Shown one piece after another: positions 61,265 through 64,000 of a DNA stretch of 64,000 nt; positions within the stretch are counted from its first letter, which is position 1, and the number at the start of each line of letters is the position of its first letter. The notes under the pieces were generated by a model. That model was not told where the DNA came from, did no database searches, and saw only the letters and a program-made list of their open reading frames with translations. Location of the stretch: contig NC_073394.1 of NCBI RefSeq assembly GCF_028641065.1, positions 23,994,001 through 24,058,000 of the forward strand. Reading direction: 5' to 3'. A program made the translations under genes and the position numbers. Origin of the DNA: Leucoraja erinacea. Lineage: Eukaryota.

Positions 61265-62112
61265 TTTCTGTTTGGGGACCAATAGCAGTTACAGGTGAGA
61301 CAGAAGTTCACTTGCATCTATTGTGTTTTATGCGCCCAATGCGGCCTCCTCTTCATCAATAACCATATAACATATAACAATCACAGCACGGAAACAGGCC
61401 ATCTTGGCCCTACAAGTCCATGCATCAACAAAACCAAGTGTAGATTAGGTGACTGTTTTGATGAACACTTGTACTCTGACCTCCAGGCCTGTTGGAGGTC
61501 CCTGTTGCTAACCATTTTAACTTTTCTCATTCGCATTCTTACCTTTGTCTTTGACCATCTCCACCCCCAATGAAGGCCACATACAGACCTGAAGAACAGC
61601 TCATTTTATTCCACCTGGGTAGTCTACAACCCAATGGCATGAACATTGAATTTATCAATTTTAACCCCGCTTGCATTCTCCCATCTCATATCTCTCCTCA
61701 CCCTGGTGTCTCTACCTTTCTCCGATACACCCTGTTCTTTTCCCTTCCTTTTGCTCATCTCCCATCCCTCCTTATTTGGAGTCTCCCATTTACCTCTTAT
61801 CCCCCTCTTTTCATCTCACCCTTGTTCCCTTCCACCAAATCCCTCCCGCCTGCTTTACATTCCTCTTCCTTATCTGACACCTTTTTGTCCTCATTTCAAC
61901 TATAGTCGCTACCCTGTGCCCCACCTGGACTCTCACCCATTTCTGGATGCTGGAATCTTGCGTAAAACAAAATGCTGGAATAGCTGGGATTGGCAACATT
62001 TCAGGTCAGGACCAAAATCTGAAGAAGAGTCTCTGCCCATAAGGACATCTATTCATGTCCTCCAGACCTCCTGCCTAACCCGCTGGGTTACTCCAGCATA
62101 TTGTGTTTTGTT
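61265..62112 (+). mobile_element. Degenerate Penelope 3' part (GIY-YIG, pyrimidine tract, terminus)
   Basis: RQKFTCIYCVLCAQCGLLFI...KTKCRLGDCFDEHL and EEQLILFHLGSLQPNGMNIEF. Confidence 0.8.
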
Positions 62113-62729
62113 TTGAAGATTGCTCCCTGTTGATCTATTTATTTCCTTGCTCATTTCTCAGCGGGTGAAGCATGTGAAAAGGCTCTCATAGAAATAATTG
62201 TTGTAATAACATTGTTGGTAATCTGACACAATGAAGTTGTTATATAGCCGGGATGAAATTTGTGAACCTGGAGTTGTGGACTATTGGATTGAAGAACTAG
62301 AGATAGCTACACATCTATCATAGATGGCAAAGCTAAAACATAGATCTTTAATTATACAGAAAATGTTCCAACCTGTTTCAAGGAGCATTATCACACACTA
62401 TTCCATATAAGGGATATTATGCCATTAGCTAAAACCTATCATCTAATATTCATGGCCATGCCTCTTTACTTGCTGAGGGTGGGATTGTTCTCTTCATCCT
62501 GGCCCAGGGTGCGGATTATCGTTGGATTTCATTGAAAATATTTTTGTACGTGACTTAATCTGAGTTGAGCATGGAGTAGAGTGTTTAAAACCTTTTCCAC
62601 TTAACAAGAATGTTTTTCCCTCCTCCCAGTTCCCACCTTTGTGTCTATCATCATTGCTCATGCTGAAAGTTAAAGGTTGGTTGGTAAGTACATTATTTGC
62701 ATAATTCATTGTTAACTGTTTAATTTATA

Positions 62730-63022
62730 GGTACAGCATGGAAATAAGCCCTTCGCCCCACTTCGTCCACGCAGACCATTGATCACCCGTTCACACTAGT
62801 TCAATGTCATCCTACTTTCCCACTCCATACACACTAGGGGGCAATTAACAGAGGCCAATTAACCTACAAACCCGCACATCTTTGGTATGTGAGATGAAAC
62901 TAGAGCACCCGGAGGAAACGCACGTAGTCACAGGGAGACCCTGCAAACTCTGCACAGACAGCAACTAAGGGCAGGATTGAATTTGGCGCTGTGAGGCAGC
63001 AGCTCTACCAGCTGCGCCACTG
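62730..63022 (-). mobile_element. V-SINE
   Basis: Family motifs in reverse orientation. Confidence 0.75.
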
Positions 63023-63679
63023 TTTTGTATATCAATATCCAGATATAGAACCTGGGTGACAATCTTATGTTTACTATGATCTTTTAGTGTCAGTGTTGGG
63101 AGTGTACTGGGGCCAATTGTATTATCTCCTTTGCTGCACCTCGCTTTGCTAATTCAATATGCTTCACTGGCTGTGCTCTCTCTACTGTGAGTACACCTGT
63201 GCCTTCGGAGTCAGAAGCGGGAAATCAGCAAAGTCACAGAGAGAAAGTATGTTTAAACAGGATGTGGTGTTTAGATAATTTCAACCCTTGGTTGCATAAA
63301 CCAGTAGCTGGAAATAATGAGGAGCAAAGAAGTTTTGCTGTTTTGAAATCTCGAGAATAATCAATGAAGGAGAGCATGCAGTTTGTCTTAGTCTTGATGC
63401 AGCAACGTGGAAGAATATGTTTGCATCTATGATGATTGACAAGCAAACTTGAATAATGTCCACAGTAGAGGAAAGTTAGTTAGAGTGAATACATTGCATG
63501 CTATATGAAAGAGGATCACTGATCTTAGGAAAATCTATTTTTTACTTAAGAGCTGTCAATCTGTTGCTTCAGCATTTATACTAATTCAACAGTTTTAATT
63601 TGGGCTCATTCACAATTTAAAAGTGCACCACATTTCCTCCCGAGACTCTTTAAAACAAGTCAACAGTGTTTAATTTTCA

Positions 63680-64000
63680 TATGTACTGAAATGGAACAAT
63701 GAATATTTTCATGCAGCAGTATAACGAGTCTGTCAATGCAGTACTCATAGAAAACATAATAAACAAAAAAAAGAATAAATTAACAAAAAACAATATTATT
63801 GCGAAGCTCGAAGTCCCTAGTGCAACCAAGACAGTTCGTAATTGGTGTTCAGTGTTTTAATAGCCTGTTGGCTGTTGGGAAGAAGCTATTCCGAAACCTG
63901 AAAGTCACGTTTTTCAGATTCCTAAACCTTCTTCTGGATGGCAGGAGTGGAATGAGAGCATGGTCCGGGTGGTGTGGGTCCTTGATGATGCTGGCTGCCT
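63680..64000 (-). mobile_element. Rex1-type LINE 3' fragment (runs off the window)
   Basis: Homologous to 51690-51840 (ggctgtgggaagaag...ggtgtgggtc...gatgatgytggc). Confidence 0.75.

Noticed and set aside
62150-62240. Possible exon of the 58-kb gene after ...catttctcag
   Set aside because: Acceptor-like, but the translations match no protein I recognise; cannot be supported without transcripts.
1-64000. CRISPR array or prokaryotic defence system
   Set aside because: Eukaryotic intron-exon DNA; the recurring palindromes are dispersed, not regularly spaced repeat-spacer units.

Overview
Repeat-rich vertebrate genomic DNA, most likely a cartilaginous fish (skate/ray/shark): LDH-A closely resembles dogfish M4 LDH as I recall it, and the SINE/CR1/Penelope repeats are of elasmobranch type. 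I assembled three spliced genes by hand from GT-AG sites and frame. (1) The LDH-like 3' half of UEVLD (+, 7 exons, 209-8865). (2) Complete TSG101 (+, 10 exons, 12671-32629, 393 aa). (3) Complete LDHA (-, 7 coding exons, 40274-33274, 333 aa), with a probable non-coding exon 1 and HRE/CRE promoter at ~47.3-47.5 kb. A CpG-island promoter of an unidentified gene lies at ~58.3-58.7 kb. The rest is transposon-derived: V-SINEs, CR1 and Rex1/Babar LINEs, Penelope-like elements, a truncated Tc1, non-autonomous Helitrons, and hAT-/Harbinger-like MITEs. Most notable: a dimer-type minimal hammerhead-ribozyme motif in the abundant Penelope termini; a UEVLD LDH domain that keeps the catalytic His but lacks the loop Arg and NAD-binding Asp; shared UEVLD/LDHA exon architecture; and A|TC...CTAG|T Helitrons. 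No database searches were run, and repeat boundaries are approximate.
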